Source of the DNA: a virus
Lineage: Duplodnaviria; Caudoviricetes
IMG/VR virus record: IMGVR_UViG_3300028392_002123
Length of the DNA: 64,000 bases
Direction: 5' to 3' (one strand)
Shown: piece after piece, positions 9,580 to 19,358 of the stretch
How positions within the stretch are numbered: position 1 is the stretch's first letter
How the letters are laid out: each line of letters opens with the position of its first letter
Translations under genes and position numbers: made by a program
Notes under the pieces: model-generated
What the model saw: only the letters and a program-made list of their open reading frames with translations
What the model was told of the DNA's origin: nothing
Databases searched by the model: none

Positions 9580-11101
9580 TACTGTTATTATACCCACTGC
9601 TGGTCTGGGCAGTAGAATGGGAAACTATACTAAAAATCTTAATAAAGCATTATTGCCTTACAAGGACAAGCCAGTACTGGCGCATATAATTGACAATTTT
9701 CCCCGAGATAGTAAATTTATTATACCAGTGGGTCATTTAAAAGAACAGATTATAGATTTCTGTGGTGTAGCTTACAGTGACAGGGACATTGAATTTATTC
9801 ACGTCGACGACTGGACCAGTGCTAAGTCCGGCACGGGTTATACGTTATTACAATGTAAAGATAAAATAACTTCACCATTTTGGTATGTGCCCTGCGATAC
9901 ATACTTTGATCAGCCTATAATAGACAAAGTCAGAGACAAGGACTGTTATTTTGTTAAGTCAGTGCCTGAACAAGACACACATTTATACACGATGTTTGAT
10001 CAAAATAATAGTTTCTACGTACACGACATTAAATTTAAAAAAACAACTCCTGAAACATGGCGAGCATTTACTGGCCTAATGTATATCAATGACTATGCTG
10101 ATTTCTTCAATAGCCTGGAGCAAAGCAACAGCAATGAGTTTATAGGAATTATTAAACTAGGCAGCGACACAGCTAGCTTGAATACTTGGTTGGACTTTGG
10201 TAACCCCACAATATATCAAACTGAATTAAGTAAGAGTCAAAAGTTTGATTTTACTAAAAAAGACGAAGTCACTTATATATGTAATAATCGCGTAGTTAAA
10301 TGGTGGCTAGACACCACAGTGGCCAAGAAGAAATATGATAAAGTTCTGGCCAATCCCCATGTATTTCCCAATAACTGTACGCACAGCGGCAATTATATGG
10401 CCTATGATTTCTTTCCGGGTAAAACATTATATGAATTTAATAACCCAGTGGCATTCAATGAATTACTTAATTGGCTGGAAACAAATGTATGGCAGGATGT
10501 AGATGCTGATATACACACAGCCAGTATTGAATTTTATCGAACAAAAAGTCTAGCACGTATTAATAAGTTTTTAGAAAAGTATCCAGGTTTAAAACCTGTG
10601 ACTATTATAGATGGAGTGGAAGTCAAAGACTACAGTTATTACCTAGATAAAATAGACTGGGAATACTTGGCCACAGTTACTCGCCCTGGATTCCTGCACG
10701 GAGATCTACAATTTGATAATATTGTTATCAGCGACAGTGGCGAGTTTAAAATCATTGACTGGCGTCATGAGTTTGCAGGCCTAGTCGAATACGGCGATAT
10801 ATACTATGACCTAGCTAAAATGGCCGGCGGATTAATTATCAATTATGCTAATATTAAAAATCATAATTTTAACATAGAAATTGATAGTGGCATAGTTACA
10901 TTAAGTATACCTAATATTGACCATATTACAGTATATCAAGACAGACTAAAGAAATATATACTAGCCAACAATCTGGACTACAATAAAGTTAGACAGTTAA
11001 TTCCTGTTATTTTTTGGAACATGGCACCTTTGCACACAGCACCATTTGATATATTCCTATGGTACCTAGGCATTAAATTATTTGCGGAGTTAGAACAATG
11101 A
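9572..11101 (+). CDS. Nucleotidyltransferase fused to APH/choline-kinase-like phosphotransferase
   Basis: N-terminal IPTAGLGSRM...NKALLP (NTP transferase); C-terminal LHGDLQFDN...IIDWR...DIYYDLAK (kinase-like). Confidence 0.7.
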   Translation: MGNTVIIPTAGLGSRMGNYTKNLNKALLPYKDKPVLAHIIDNFPRDSKFIIPVGHLKEQIIDFCGVAYSDRDIEFIHVDDWTSAKSGTGYTLLQCKDKITSPFWYVPCDTYFDQPIIDKVRDKDCYFVKSVPEQDTHLYTMFDQNNSFYVHDIKFKKTTPETWRAFTGLMYINDYADFFNSLEQSNSNEFIGIIKLGSDTASLNTWLDFGNPTIYQTELSKSQKFDFTKKDEVTYICNNRVVKWWLDTTVAKKKYDKVLANPHVFPNNCTHSGNYMAYDFFPGKTLYEFNNPVAFNELLNWLETNVWQDVDADIHTASIEFYRTKSLARINKFLEKYPGLKPVTIIDGVEVKDYSYYLDKIDWEYLATVTRPGFLHGDLQFDNIVISDSGEFKIIDWRHEFAGLVEYGDIYYDLAKMAGGLIINYANIKNHNFNIEIDSGIVTLSIPNIDHITVYQDRLKKYILANNLDYNKVRQLIPVIFWNMAPLHTAPFDIFLWYLGIKLFAELEQ

Positions 11102-11427
11102 ATACTGCTCAACTAGCAATACGTTATTTTAAAGCATTTGCCGAAAAAGATCTAGGTTCCTTGGATGTACTCCTAGCAGACGACATAGTATTAACAGATT
11201 GGGATGGCCAGGCCATTGGTAAAGAAGCAGTTTTAAAATTCTGCGAGACTTTATTCAAAAGCGTGGGACGGCTAAATGTTGACATTGAAAAAATTGCCAT
11301 CGGGCAGGATACTGTCATGGCTGAATTGGGAATAGCCATAAACGGTGCCAATAAAATACATGTTGTCGATGTACTGGACTATGATCAAGACAAAAAAATT
11401 AAAAGAATCAGAGCTTATAAAAGATGA
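11098..11427 (+). CDS. SnoaL/NTF2-like protein
   Basis: 109 aa; YFKAF..KDL..L..LLADDIVLTDW, VVDVLDYD...KIKRIRAY pattern. Confidence 0.65.
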   Translation: MNTAQLAIRYFKAFAEKDLGSLDVLLADDIVLTDWDGQAIGKEAVLKFCETLFKSVGRLNVDIEKIAIGQDTVMAELGIAINGANKIHVVDVLDYDQDKKIKRIRAYKR

Positions 11428-12146
11428 AAAAATATATAAGTCTTAGCAAGTATCCCGGCCGGCAGGGCTTATATTATTACACAGAATTCTTTAATAGAAT
11501 GAAAATAGATGCTGTTTACCAACCAATTGGCACAGATAATCTCCGAGAAGAACTGCAACGAGCGCGAGACGAAAATGTTGCAGGCATCAGTGTTAGCATG
11601 CCATTTAAACAAGAAGTAATACAGTATCTGGATCATGCAGATGCCAGCGTGTTAGCATATGAAACTTGTAATACTGTTGTTAATGTAAACAATCAGTGGC
11701 ATGGTTATAACTGTGACTACGCAGGCGCACAACGAGTATTGCAGGGAATACTATTAGAAGATAGTGTAACTATACTTGGTGCTGGCAGTATGGGATCAAT
11801 GATTTTTAAAATGATCAAGCATAATGCTAGATTGGTATCTCCTAGATTATCAAATTGGCAAGATCGGCACCAACCTGCCAGTGTAATAATTAATTGTACT
11901 AATCAAGGCACAGTTAGTACAGCGAGTCCCTTGGATTATATACCAAAAGAATGTCGAATGATCATTGATTTAACTGTCAATGACTGTGAACTAGGTCAGC
12001 AAGCCGCGATTGCAGGTGTTAAATATGTGTCTGGACAAGAATTTTACAAGTATCAATTTATGGATCAGTTTAACAAGTATACAGGTAAAATTATTAATTC
12101 CACAGATTATGACTTAGTCAGATTGGCGAAAAATGAAAAGATTTAA
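11424..12146 (+). CDS. Shikimate dehydrogenase-like oxidoreductase
   Basis: GISVSMPFK, CNTVV, GYNCD, LGAGSMG, IINCT match AroE-family motifs; substrate unknown. Confidence 0.65.
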   Translation: MKKYISLSKYPGRQGLYYYTEFFNRMKIDAVYQPIGTDNLREELQRARDENVAGISVSMPFKQEVIQYLDHADASVLAYETCNTVVNVNNQWHGYNCDYAGAQRVLQGILLEDSVTILGAGSMGSMIFKMIKHNARLVSPRLSNWQDRHQPASVIINCTNQGTVSTASPLDYIPKECRMIIDLTVNDCELGQQAAIAGVKYVSGQEFYKYQFMDQFNKYTGKIINSTDYDLVRLAKNEKI

Positions 12147-13128
12147 ACTGGGCTTTGGCCCAATGAGTTCGGAAATTGTAGACATACTTTGTGGCTACAC
12201 AGAAGAAAAAAATTATCCGTTGATGATTATTGCTAGCCGAAATCAAGTTGACTATGATAGCGGCTATGTAAAAAATACTGTTCAGCTCAGTGAGCAGGTA
12301 CGTAGTTTTGATAGAAAAAATATATTACTCTGCAGAGATCACTGTGGTCCGTATTTTGCAGATCTAGACAGGGAATTAGATGTATCCGTGGCTGTTACAC
12401 GTTGCGAAGAAACTATTTCCTCTGACATACAAGCTGGATTTGATTTAATACACATAGATGTTAGTCGCATCAAAAAAGATCAATTAAAGTGGGCCAAACA
12501 TTTAATTGAATTTGCATTAAAATTAGAACCGACTATTAAATTAGAATTCGGCAGTGAAGATAATACAGGGGTCGATGTTAATAGTAGTATTGCACGTATC
12601 GATGATCAATTAGAGTTTTTAAAGCTATACAAAGATAACATAGTATTCTTTGTCAGCCAAACAGGTAGTCTTACCAAAGACGGACAAATTGGAAAATTTA
12701 ACATAAAACAAAATAAAAAAGTTTCCGAACAATTACATGAACATGGATATTTGTTCAAAGAACATAATGCAGATTATTTTACTCCTGCAGACATTGACAA
12801 AAGAGTCTCGGCAGGCATCGACTCACTTAACATTGCACCTCAACTAGGTAAGATACAAACAGATCTACTAACTGAAATGGCAGGCAACACAGAAGAATAT
12901 TCTAAGTTCGCCGACTTAGTTTATAGTAAACCAACTATATGGTCTAGATGGATGAGCAATGGTAATACAGACAAGGCCACAGCAGTCAGTGTCAGCGGTC
13001 ATTATCATTTTGCCAGCAAAGAATATCAACAAGCCGTGGCCATGATAGATGGACAAAAGTTTAACGAAGAACTTAAACAGCGTATATATGCACTAGTGGA
13101 TATGTACAGAACATTTGATCAGGAGTAA
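12133..13128 (+). CDS. GatZ/KbaZ-like (tagatose-6-phosphate epimerase / aldolase subunit-like) protein
   Basis: ASRNQVD..GY, RDHCGP, GFDLIHID, EFGSE. Confidence 0.55.
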   Translation: MKRFKLGFGPMSSEIVDILCGYTEEKNYPLMIIASRNQVDYDSGYVKNTVQLSEQVRSFDRKNILLCRDHCGPYFADLDRELDVSVAVTRCEETISSDIQAGFDLIHIDVSRIKKDQLKWAKHLIEFALKLEPTIKLEFGSEDNTGVDVNSSIARIDDQLEFLKLYKDNIVFFVSQTGSLTKDGQIGKFNIKQNKKVSEQLHEHGYLFKEHNADYFTPADIDKRVSAGIDSLNIAPQLGKIQTDLLTEMAGNTEEYSKFADLVYSKPTIWSRWMSNGNTDKATAVSVSGHYHFASKEYQQAVAMIDGQKFNEELKQRIYALVDMYRTFDQE

Positions 13129-13130
13129 TT

Positions 13131-13322
13131 ATGTCTATATTAGATATGTTTTCTAAAAAAGAAGAACCTAAAAAAGAACAAGATTGGCTTGATAAGCAGG
13201 CCGACGAATTAACTGAAGCTTTCAATGATCCTCAGCTAACTGAAGAGGAACGTAAACATCAAGAGCTTCTTGCTAAACGGTTAGAAGAACTACGTAAACG
13301 AGATCCTTTTATCTACAAATGA
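13131..13322 (+). CDS. Small charged hypothetical protein
   Basis: 63 aa, AGGAG Shine-Dalgarno upstream, ATGA overlap with the carbamoyltransferase. Confidence 0.7.
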   Translation: MSILDMFSKKEEPKKEQDWLDKQADELTEAFNDPQLTEEERKHQELLAKRLEELRKRDPFIYK

Positions 13323-14791
13323 ATATATGGGGAATTAGTGCCAACAGTCACGACGCGGCCGTCAGCGTTTGGCACGATAAAGAAATACAATTTGCCGCAC
13401 ACAGTGAACGTTATAGTGGAATAAAAAATGACGGGAATTTATGCGTCGGCGTCATCGAAGAAGCATACACACATGGCAAGCCTGATTTAATTGTTTGGTA
13501 TGAAAATCCATTAAAGAAAACAGCTAGACAATTTTATGCAGGTCAAGGTCTACGCTGGAAAGAAAATAATATTAGACAATATCTAGACAGCTATGGTCTA
13601 ACCCAAAGAGTTGTCTATGAACAACATCATAGAAGTCATGCGGCCGCAGGTTATTATACCAGTGGATTTAAAGATGCCACAGTGGTTGTCATTGATGCTA
13701 TTGGAGAGTTTGAAACATTGACAGTATGGCAAGGCCTAGGCAATGACTTAAAACAAGTTTACAGTCAAGGTTATCCCGACAGCCTGGGACTTTGGTTCAG
13801 TGCTATGACACAGCGTATTGGCTTAAAACCCAACGAAGAAGAATATATTTTAATGGGCATGGCCGCATATGGCGACCCCGAGAAATATAAACAGGATATC
13901 TACAATGATTTTTTTAAATCTATAGATGGACCTAATATCAAATTTAAACATAATTTACATAGAGGCTGTTTATGGTGGCGCCATGATTTATTAACGGACC
14001 AAGACTACTTTGACTTAGCGGCCGCGACACAGCGCATATACGAAGAACTATTGCAGGGAATAAGCCATTGGGCGAAAAGAAAATTCTCCAGCAATAATCT
14101 AGTACTCATGGGTGGCTGTGCTCTTAACTGTGTGGCTAATAGTAATATAACCGGAGACTGGGCCAATGTGTGGATCATGCCCAACCCCGGAGATGCAGGT
14201 AGTGCCATTGGCGCAGTGGCTTCTTATATCAGCGAACATGTTACTTGGCCAGGTGCATACCTTGGCACAAACATGGGCGACAAGTATCCAGTTGATGAAA
14301 CCATTGATATACTTACAAAAGATAAAATTGTAGGTGTTGCCACAGGCTGTGCAGAATTTGGTCCTAGAGCACTGGGGCATCGCAGTTTATTAGCAGATCC
14401 ACGCGGACCTGAAATCAAAGATACAGTTAATGCAATTAAACGTAGACAACAGTTTAGACCATTTGCACCGGCAATCCTGGAAGAACACGTACACGAATAC
14501 TTCGACATGCCTACGGGAATAACTGCCAGTCCCTTTATGCAGTTTGTGGCCAAGTGTAAAAAACCCACAGAGTTTCCTGCAATCATACATGCAGACGGAA
14601 CTAGTAGGGTTCAAACTGTGAGTAAAACAGACAGTCCGGGATTCCGTAAATTGCTGGAAGATTGGCATGCTCTAACAGGATGTCCTATGTTGTTAAACAC
14701 CAGCTTGAACATCAAAGGCCAGCCCATGGTTAATAATTTGGCAGATGCGTCTGCATTTACTAGTAAATATAATGTTCCGGTGCTGACCTAA
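13319..14791 (+). CDS. O-carbamoyltransferase (NodU/CmcH/TobZ family)
   Basis: HDAA, ERYS, HHRSHAA, DAIGE, GGCALNC, GDAGSAIG, EFGPRALGHRS, FRPFAP, LLNTSLN. Confidence 0.9.
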   Translation: MNIWGISANSHDAAVSVWHDKEIQFAAHSERYSGIKNDGNLCVGVIEEAYTHGKPDLIVWYENPLKKTARQFYAGQGLRWKENNIRQYLDSYGLTQRVVYEQHHRSHAAAGYYTSGFKDATVVVIDAIGEFETLTVWQGLGNDLKQVYSQGYPDSLGLWFSAMTQRIGLKPNEEEYILMGMAAYGDPEKYKQDIYNDFFKSIDGPNIKFKHNLHRGCLWWRHDLLTDQDYFDLAAATQRIYEELLQGISHWAKRKFSSNNLVLMGGCALNCVANSNITGDWANVWIMPNPGDAGSAIGAVASYISEHVTWPGAYLGTNMGDKYPVDETIDILTKDKIVGVATGCAEFGPRALGHRSLLADPRGPEIKDTVNAIKRRQQFRPFAPAILEEHVHEYFDMPTGITASPFMQFVAKCKKPTEFPAIIHADGTSRVQTVSKTDSPGFRKLLEDWHALTGCPMLLNTSLNIKGQPMVNNLADASAFTSKYNVPVLT

Positions 14792-14810
14792 AACATTAAA
14801 TACTAGTATA

Positions 14811-15548
14811 ATGTTAGATGTATTTTTTCTTAGCTATAACGAACCTTACGCTGATCAAAATTTTCAAAGATTGATTAAGTTTGCACCATTGGCCAAAAGA
14901 GTTAATGGTGTTAAAGGCTTTTATGAAGCACACAAACGCTGTGCCGAATTAAGCATGACCTATAACTTTTATGTTGTGGATTCCGATGCTTGGATTGTAG
15001 ATGATTTCAACTTTGATTTTAAACCCAGCACAGCACCCGGATATTATAAACCCGAAAGCGATTTCCTTTATGTATGGAGCAGTCAAAATCCCATTAATGG
15101 ATTGACATATGGCTATGGCGGTGTTAAACTGTTTCCTAAGATGGCCTTGCTTAATAAAAAAATAACCAGCATTGACTTTACCACTGGAGTTGGCCTAGAA
15201 ACAAAAATCATGGCACAGGTCAGCAATGTAACTAAATTTAATTTCAATGAATTTTATACATGGCGTGCCGCTTTTAGAGAAGTTGTTAAACTTAGTAGCG
15301 GCGTTATATTAGATTCTATTAAAGATAGATTCACCGAAGAAGAAATAGCAAAGATTAAAAAAGAAAGCGAAGACAGAATACAGTCTTGGTTAACACAATT
15401 AGATGGTGCAGACTACGGTACATGGGCAGTTCTAGGAGCAGAACAAGCTATTGCTTTTAGCAAAAAATATGACAATGATACACGAGCACTATCTTACATT
15501 AATGATATAGAATGGTTAAAAAATGAGTTTACTAAACAATATACTTAA
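14811..15548 (+). CDS. Glycosyltransferase-like protein, family A paralogue 2
   Basis: VFFLSYNEP, VVDSD, NPINGLTYGYGGVKLF, WRAAFREVVKL. Confidence 0.55.
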   Translation: MLDVFFLSYNEPYADQNFQRLIKFAPLAKRVNGVKGFYEAHKRCAELSMTYNFYVVDSDAWIVDDFNFDFKPSTAPGYYKPESDFLYVWSSQNPINGLTYGYGGVKLFPKMALLNKKITSIDFTTGVGLETKIMAQVSNVTKFNFNEFYTWRAAFREVVKLSSGVILDSIKDRFTEEEIAKIKKESEDRIQSWLTQLDGADYGTWAVLGAEQAIAFSKKYDNDTRALSYINDIEWLKNEFTKQYT

Positions 15549-16539
15549 TCAAGTACAAACAAAATCTGATGAATTAAATCTAGGAAAAATACCAGTAGTA
15601 TTTTTAAGTTTTGATGAACCCAATGCCGACACGCACTACGAGTTTCTTTATAATAGTCATCCTAGAAAAGACTTGGTTAAACGTGTGCATGGTGTCAAAG
15701 GTTTTGATGCCGCACACAAGGCCTGTGCAGATGCGGCAGGCACTGAAAGATTTTTTACAGTAGACGCAGACTGTTTAGTGGATAAAGCACTATGGAACAA
15801 GGCCTTGGAACTTACTCCCGAGATTAGCAAAGCAACATTTAGCTGGAGTAGCAGAAATGCTGTCAACGGCTTGGTATACGGTAACGGCGGCATTAAATTA
15901 TGGTACGCAGAGTATGTTAAGAATATGCAGACACACGAAGCCGCAGATGCAGCCAATGGAAGGGACAATGTAGATTTTTGCTGGGACTTTGAAAATTATA
16001 AACAAATGAATAACACTTATGGTACTGTATATAATAACAGCACACCATTTCAAGCTTTTAGAGCAGGGTTCCGCGAAGGTATTAAAATGTGTTTAGATCG
16101 CGGAGAAAAGATTGCCACACAAGATTTTAAAACAAAATTCTATCCAGCCAACTATAGTAGATTATTAACATGGATGACAGTGGGCCGTGATGTAGAAAAT
16201 GGTATATGGAGTATGTATGGTGCCAGATTGGCATCAGTTATGTTATACACAGACAGAAAATTTGATCATACATATATTAAAGACTATGATTGGTTTGCTA
16301 AGTTCTGGGAAAGAATTTGGAAAATAACTAGACAGGGTGCTATAGTAGAAGATCAATGCACAGGCCTACAAGGCATGTTGTCTACCGTTTTAGGATTACC
16401 TATCACTGAACTTAACGCAGAACAAAGTATATTAATTAAACAAATCAGCATAAGTCCTTTGAAGAACAACGATTGGGCTACATTATTAAATGCCAGTAGT
16501 TTGCCATTGTTTGGTTTTACCATGCCCAGATGGAGCTAA
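15523..16539 (+). CDS. Glycosyltransferase-like protein, family A paralogue 3
   Basis: VFLSFDEPNAD, RVHGVKGFD, FTVDAD, NGLVYGNGGIK, DFCW, FREGIK; closest to 268-1251. Confidence 0.55.
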   Translation: MSLLNNILNQVQTKSDELNLGKIPVVFLSFDEPNADTHYEFLYNSHPRKDLVKRVHGVKGFDAAHKACADAAGTERFFTVDADCLVDKALWNKALELTPEISKATFSWSSRNAVNGLVYGNGGIKLWYAEYVKNMQTHEAADAANGRDNVDFCWDFENYKQMNNTYGTVYNNSTPFQAFRAGFREGIKMCLDRGEKIATQDFKTKFYPANYSRLLTWMTVGRDVENGIWSMYGARLASVMLYTDRKFDHTYIKDYDWFAKFWERIWKITRQGAIVEDQCTGLQGMLSTVLGLPITELNAEQSILIKQISISPLKNNDWATLLNASSLPLFGFTMPRWS

Positions 16540-17219
16540 CATTGAGACCCATATACTTTTTATACAACGACGAACTCAATGCAGAAGAAAATTGGCAACG
16601 ATTAAAATCATTGACCAAGGGAGATGCCACAGCATTTAAAAGCATAGGCACAATATTTGAAAGCCACAAAGCCATTGCTGATAGTTGTTATGACAGTGAA
16701 TTTTATGTAGTAGATGGTGATTGCTGGATACTGGACAACTTTAATTTCGATCAAAAAATTGATTTAAAGCCCAGGAGTGTAGCAGTATTCAGAGCGAAAA
16801 ATCCCATCAATGGCTTGGTTTATGGACATGGGGGAATTAAATTATTCAGTAAAGATTGTTTTAGCACGGAAAGGCTAGACAGTCCAGACATGACTACTAC
16901 ACTAGCAGATGCTTATATCAAAGTAAATGTATTGGCCAGCGAACATAGATTCAATTATACACCCTTTAGTACGTGGCGCACAGCATTCAGAGAAGCTGTT
17001 AAACTCAGCAGTGGAATTAATAAAAACAACAACGATCAAGAAAGCCAGGATCGGCTAACAATGTGGTGCCAAGCAGGAATAGAAAATAACTACGGATATT
17101 TTAGTTTAATTGGTGCCAGGCAAGGAGTTGCTTATGCAAAGAAATATAAAAATAACTTAGACAAGGTCAATGAGTTTGAATGGCTGGAAGAACAATTCAT
17201 TAAATGGGTCGGCATATAA
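16530..17219 (+). CDS. Glycosyltransferase-like protein, family A paralogue 4
   Basis: YVVDGD, NPINGLVYGHGGIKLF, WRTAFREAVKL; closest to 14811-15548. Confidence 0.55.
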   Translation: MELTLRPIYFLYNDELNAEENWQRLKSLTKGDATAFKSIGTIFESHKAIADSCYDSEFYVVDGDCWILDNFNFDQKIDLKPRSVAVFRAKNPINGLVYGHGGIKLFSKDCFSTERLDSPDMTTTLADAYIKVNVLASEHRFNYTPFSTWRTAFREAVKLSSGINKNNNDQESQDRLTMWCQAGIENNYGYFSLIGARQGVAYAKKYKNNLDKVNEFEWLEEQFIKWVGI

Positions 17220-17220
17220 T

Positions 17221-18186
17221 ATGGAACGCAAAGTAGAAGACGAATTTAGTTGGTTGTTCGGACTTAGAAGTTACTTTATGTTTGTCAATGACACGGATAA
17301 ATTACGCATTGTAAAAAATCTAATAGCATTGAAATACGGCAAAGCCGAAGACATGCATCATATTATCAGACGTGTCTGCTTGGAAGATGTTGAGTTTTAT
17401 ACCAACGATTATCAAATTGAAAATAGAGCAATGAGATATGAAATATACTTTGACTTGCTGAACAAACAAGCTAGTCGCTGGAGCGTTGACGGTATATTAT
17501 CATTGATGAAATTATTGTTCAAAGACAAAATGATTGATAGTCTATCGGAAATAGTAAGAATATACAGTTTAGATACCAGTGTTAAAGATGCATTCAGCAA
17601 AGGACAAGTTACCAGTAAAGTTTGGCTGGCAGAAACATTACAAAAAGTAATTAACCCAAATAATCGACTTGATAACATTGTTCTTATTGGCGGATGGTAC
17701 GGACACATAACCAAGTACTTAGAAGGTCGTGTAGATTATCGTAAGTTATACAATATAGACCCGCACGAATTTAACAGTTTTATAGGTAAAAAATATTTTA
17801 ATAATATGTCGGATAGATATGTTGCCAGTAGTGTATTAATCGAAGATGTAGACTACATACCCAATCAGGGATATAATATTCCCCAGGGGGAGTACGATGA
17901 AAATAATGCTTACAAGTTTAACATTAATAAGAATATAATAGTTAATCCGGATTTAATTATCAATACCAGTGCAGAACACATGTCGGACAATTGGTTTAAT
18001 AGAATATCTGTAGATAAAATGGTGGCCATACAAACAAATAATTTATTTGATATTGCACCGGATCACTATAATTGCATTGACTCACAGAGCCAACTCGAAA
18101 CAAAATATCCAATGTCTAAGGTACTGTTTCAAGGTGAGCTAGACATAGGCATAGGAAAACGTTTTATGCGGATAGGTATCAAATAA
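17221..18186 (+). CDS. Putative class I SAM-dependent methyltransferase-like protein
   Basis: VLIGGWYG (motif I-like), acidic NIDP after the second strand, INTSAEH; start placed at ATG 17221. Confidence 0.45.
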   Translation: MERKVEDEFSWLFGLRSYFMFVNDTDKLRIVKNLIALKYGKAEDMHHIIRRVCLEDVEFYTNDYQIENRAMRYEIYFDLLNKQASRWSVDGILSLMKLLFKDKMIDSLSEIVRIYSLDTSVKDAFSKGQVTSKVWLAETLQKVINPNNRLDNIVLIGGWYGHITKYLEGRVDYRKLYNIDPHEFNSFIGKKYFNNMSDRYVASSVLIEDVDYIPNQGYNIPQGEYDENNAYKFNINKNIIVNPDLIINTSAEHMSDNWFNRISVDKMVAIQTNNLFDIAPDHYNCIDSQSQLETKYPMSKVLFQGELDIGIGKRFMRIGIK

Positions 18187-19358
18187 TGTATAAATCTTCT
18201 GAAATTACCACAGTACACTTAGAGCTGTCGGAACTATGTAATGCTAGCTGTCCTCAATGTGCTAGAAATATCAACGGCGGCGAAGAAAATCCGCAGTTAC
18301 ATGGTGCTGAATTAAGTCTAGAAGATGTGGAGAAAATTTTTAAGCCCGATTTTATTCAACAGTTGAAAAGATTATACATGTGCGGTAACTATGGAGATCC
18401 TATTACTGCCAAGGATACCAAAGAGATATTTTCTTACATACGCAGTCATAATCCCACTATGCAGTTAAGTATGCATACTAATGCCAGTGCTAAAACTCCG
18501 GAGTGGTGGAGTCAATTACCCCAGGCCATGGGCGCTAATCATTATGTTGTGTTTGGTTTAGATGGATTGGCAGATACTAATCATTTGTATCGTCAAGGCA
18601 CAATATGGTCTAAGATCATGGACAATGCTCGGGCATTTATTGCCGCAGGCGGAAGAGCACGATGGGATTATATTGTGTTTGCACACAACGAGCATCAGGT
18701 AGAAGAAGCCAGAGCATTGGCAAAAGAAATGGGCTTTGAACAATTTAATATTAAAAAGTCTAATAGATTTTTTAGCACTACGCAGGGTGCTGTTAAAATG
18801 GCTCATCAAGCAGGCAATCGTCGAGGACAGGAAACTACGTTGATTGCCATGCCTACTAATCCCGAATATCAAAATACAGCGATCAAGCAAATGGTGGAAA
18901 TCAGCAAAGACAAAGGAGAGATTCCTATTAACTTTATGACCACTGTAGCTGACACAGAAGGAAGATTGGGCATACAAAAATTTAATTTTGATCCTGATAA
19001 AAAGAAAGACATGGAAAAGTATTGGGACTCTGTGCCTATAAAATGTAAAGTCTCCGAAGAGAAAAGCATATACATCACAGCAGAAGGTTATTTAATGCCC
19101 TGTTGTTGGACTGCTGGTCAGATGTACATTTGGTATTGGAAACCAAGAGGCGGCCAAATCTGGCAAGCAATACGCCAAGCTGGCTTGGATAATTTAAATG
19201 CTAAGACACGAGATCTGAGATCATTGATAGACGGTGACTTTATACAAAAAATCATTCCCAATAGTTGGAATAAATCTAGTTGTGCAGAAGGTAAACTAGC
19301 AGTCTGCGCCAAAACTTGCGGCAATAAATATGATGCATTTGCGGAACAATTTAAATGA
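18186..19358 (+). CDS. Radical SAM protein with C-terminal SPASM/twitch-like domain
   Basis: CNASCPQC, CGNYGDP; C-terminal CK...LMPCCW...CAKTC. Confidence 0.85.
   Translation: MYKSSEITTVHLELSELCNASCPQCARNINGGEENPQLHGAELSLEDVEKIFKPDFIQQLKRLYMCGNYGDPITAKDTKEIFSYIRSHNPTMQLSMHTNASAKTPEWWSQLPQAMGANHYVVFGLDGLADTNHLYRQGTIWSKIMDNARAFIAAGGRARWDYIVFAHNEHQVEEARALAKEMGFEQFNIKKSNRFFSTTQGAVKMAHQAGNRRGQETTLIAMPTNPEYQNTAIKQMVEISKDKGEIPINFMTTVADTEGRLGIQKFNFDPDKKKDMEKYWDSVPIKCKVSEEKSIYITAEGYLMPCCWTAGQMYIWYWKPRGGQIWQAIRQAGLDNLNAKTRDLRSLIDGDFIQKIIPNSWNKSSCAEGKLAVCAKTCGNKYDAFAEQFK

Noticed and set aside
11424-12146. Auxiliary metabolic gene for aromatic amino acid synthesis (aroE)
   Set aside because: No other shikimate pathway gene is present and the context is sugar activation; kept only as an AroE-like fold.
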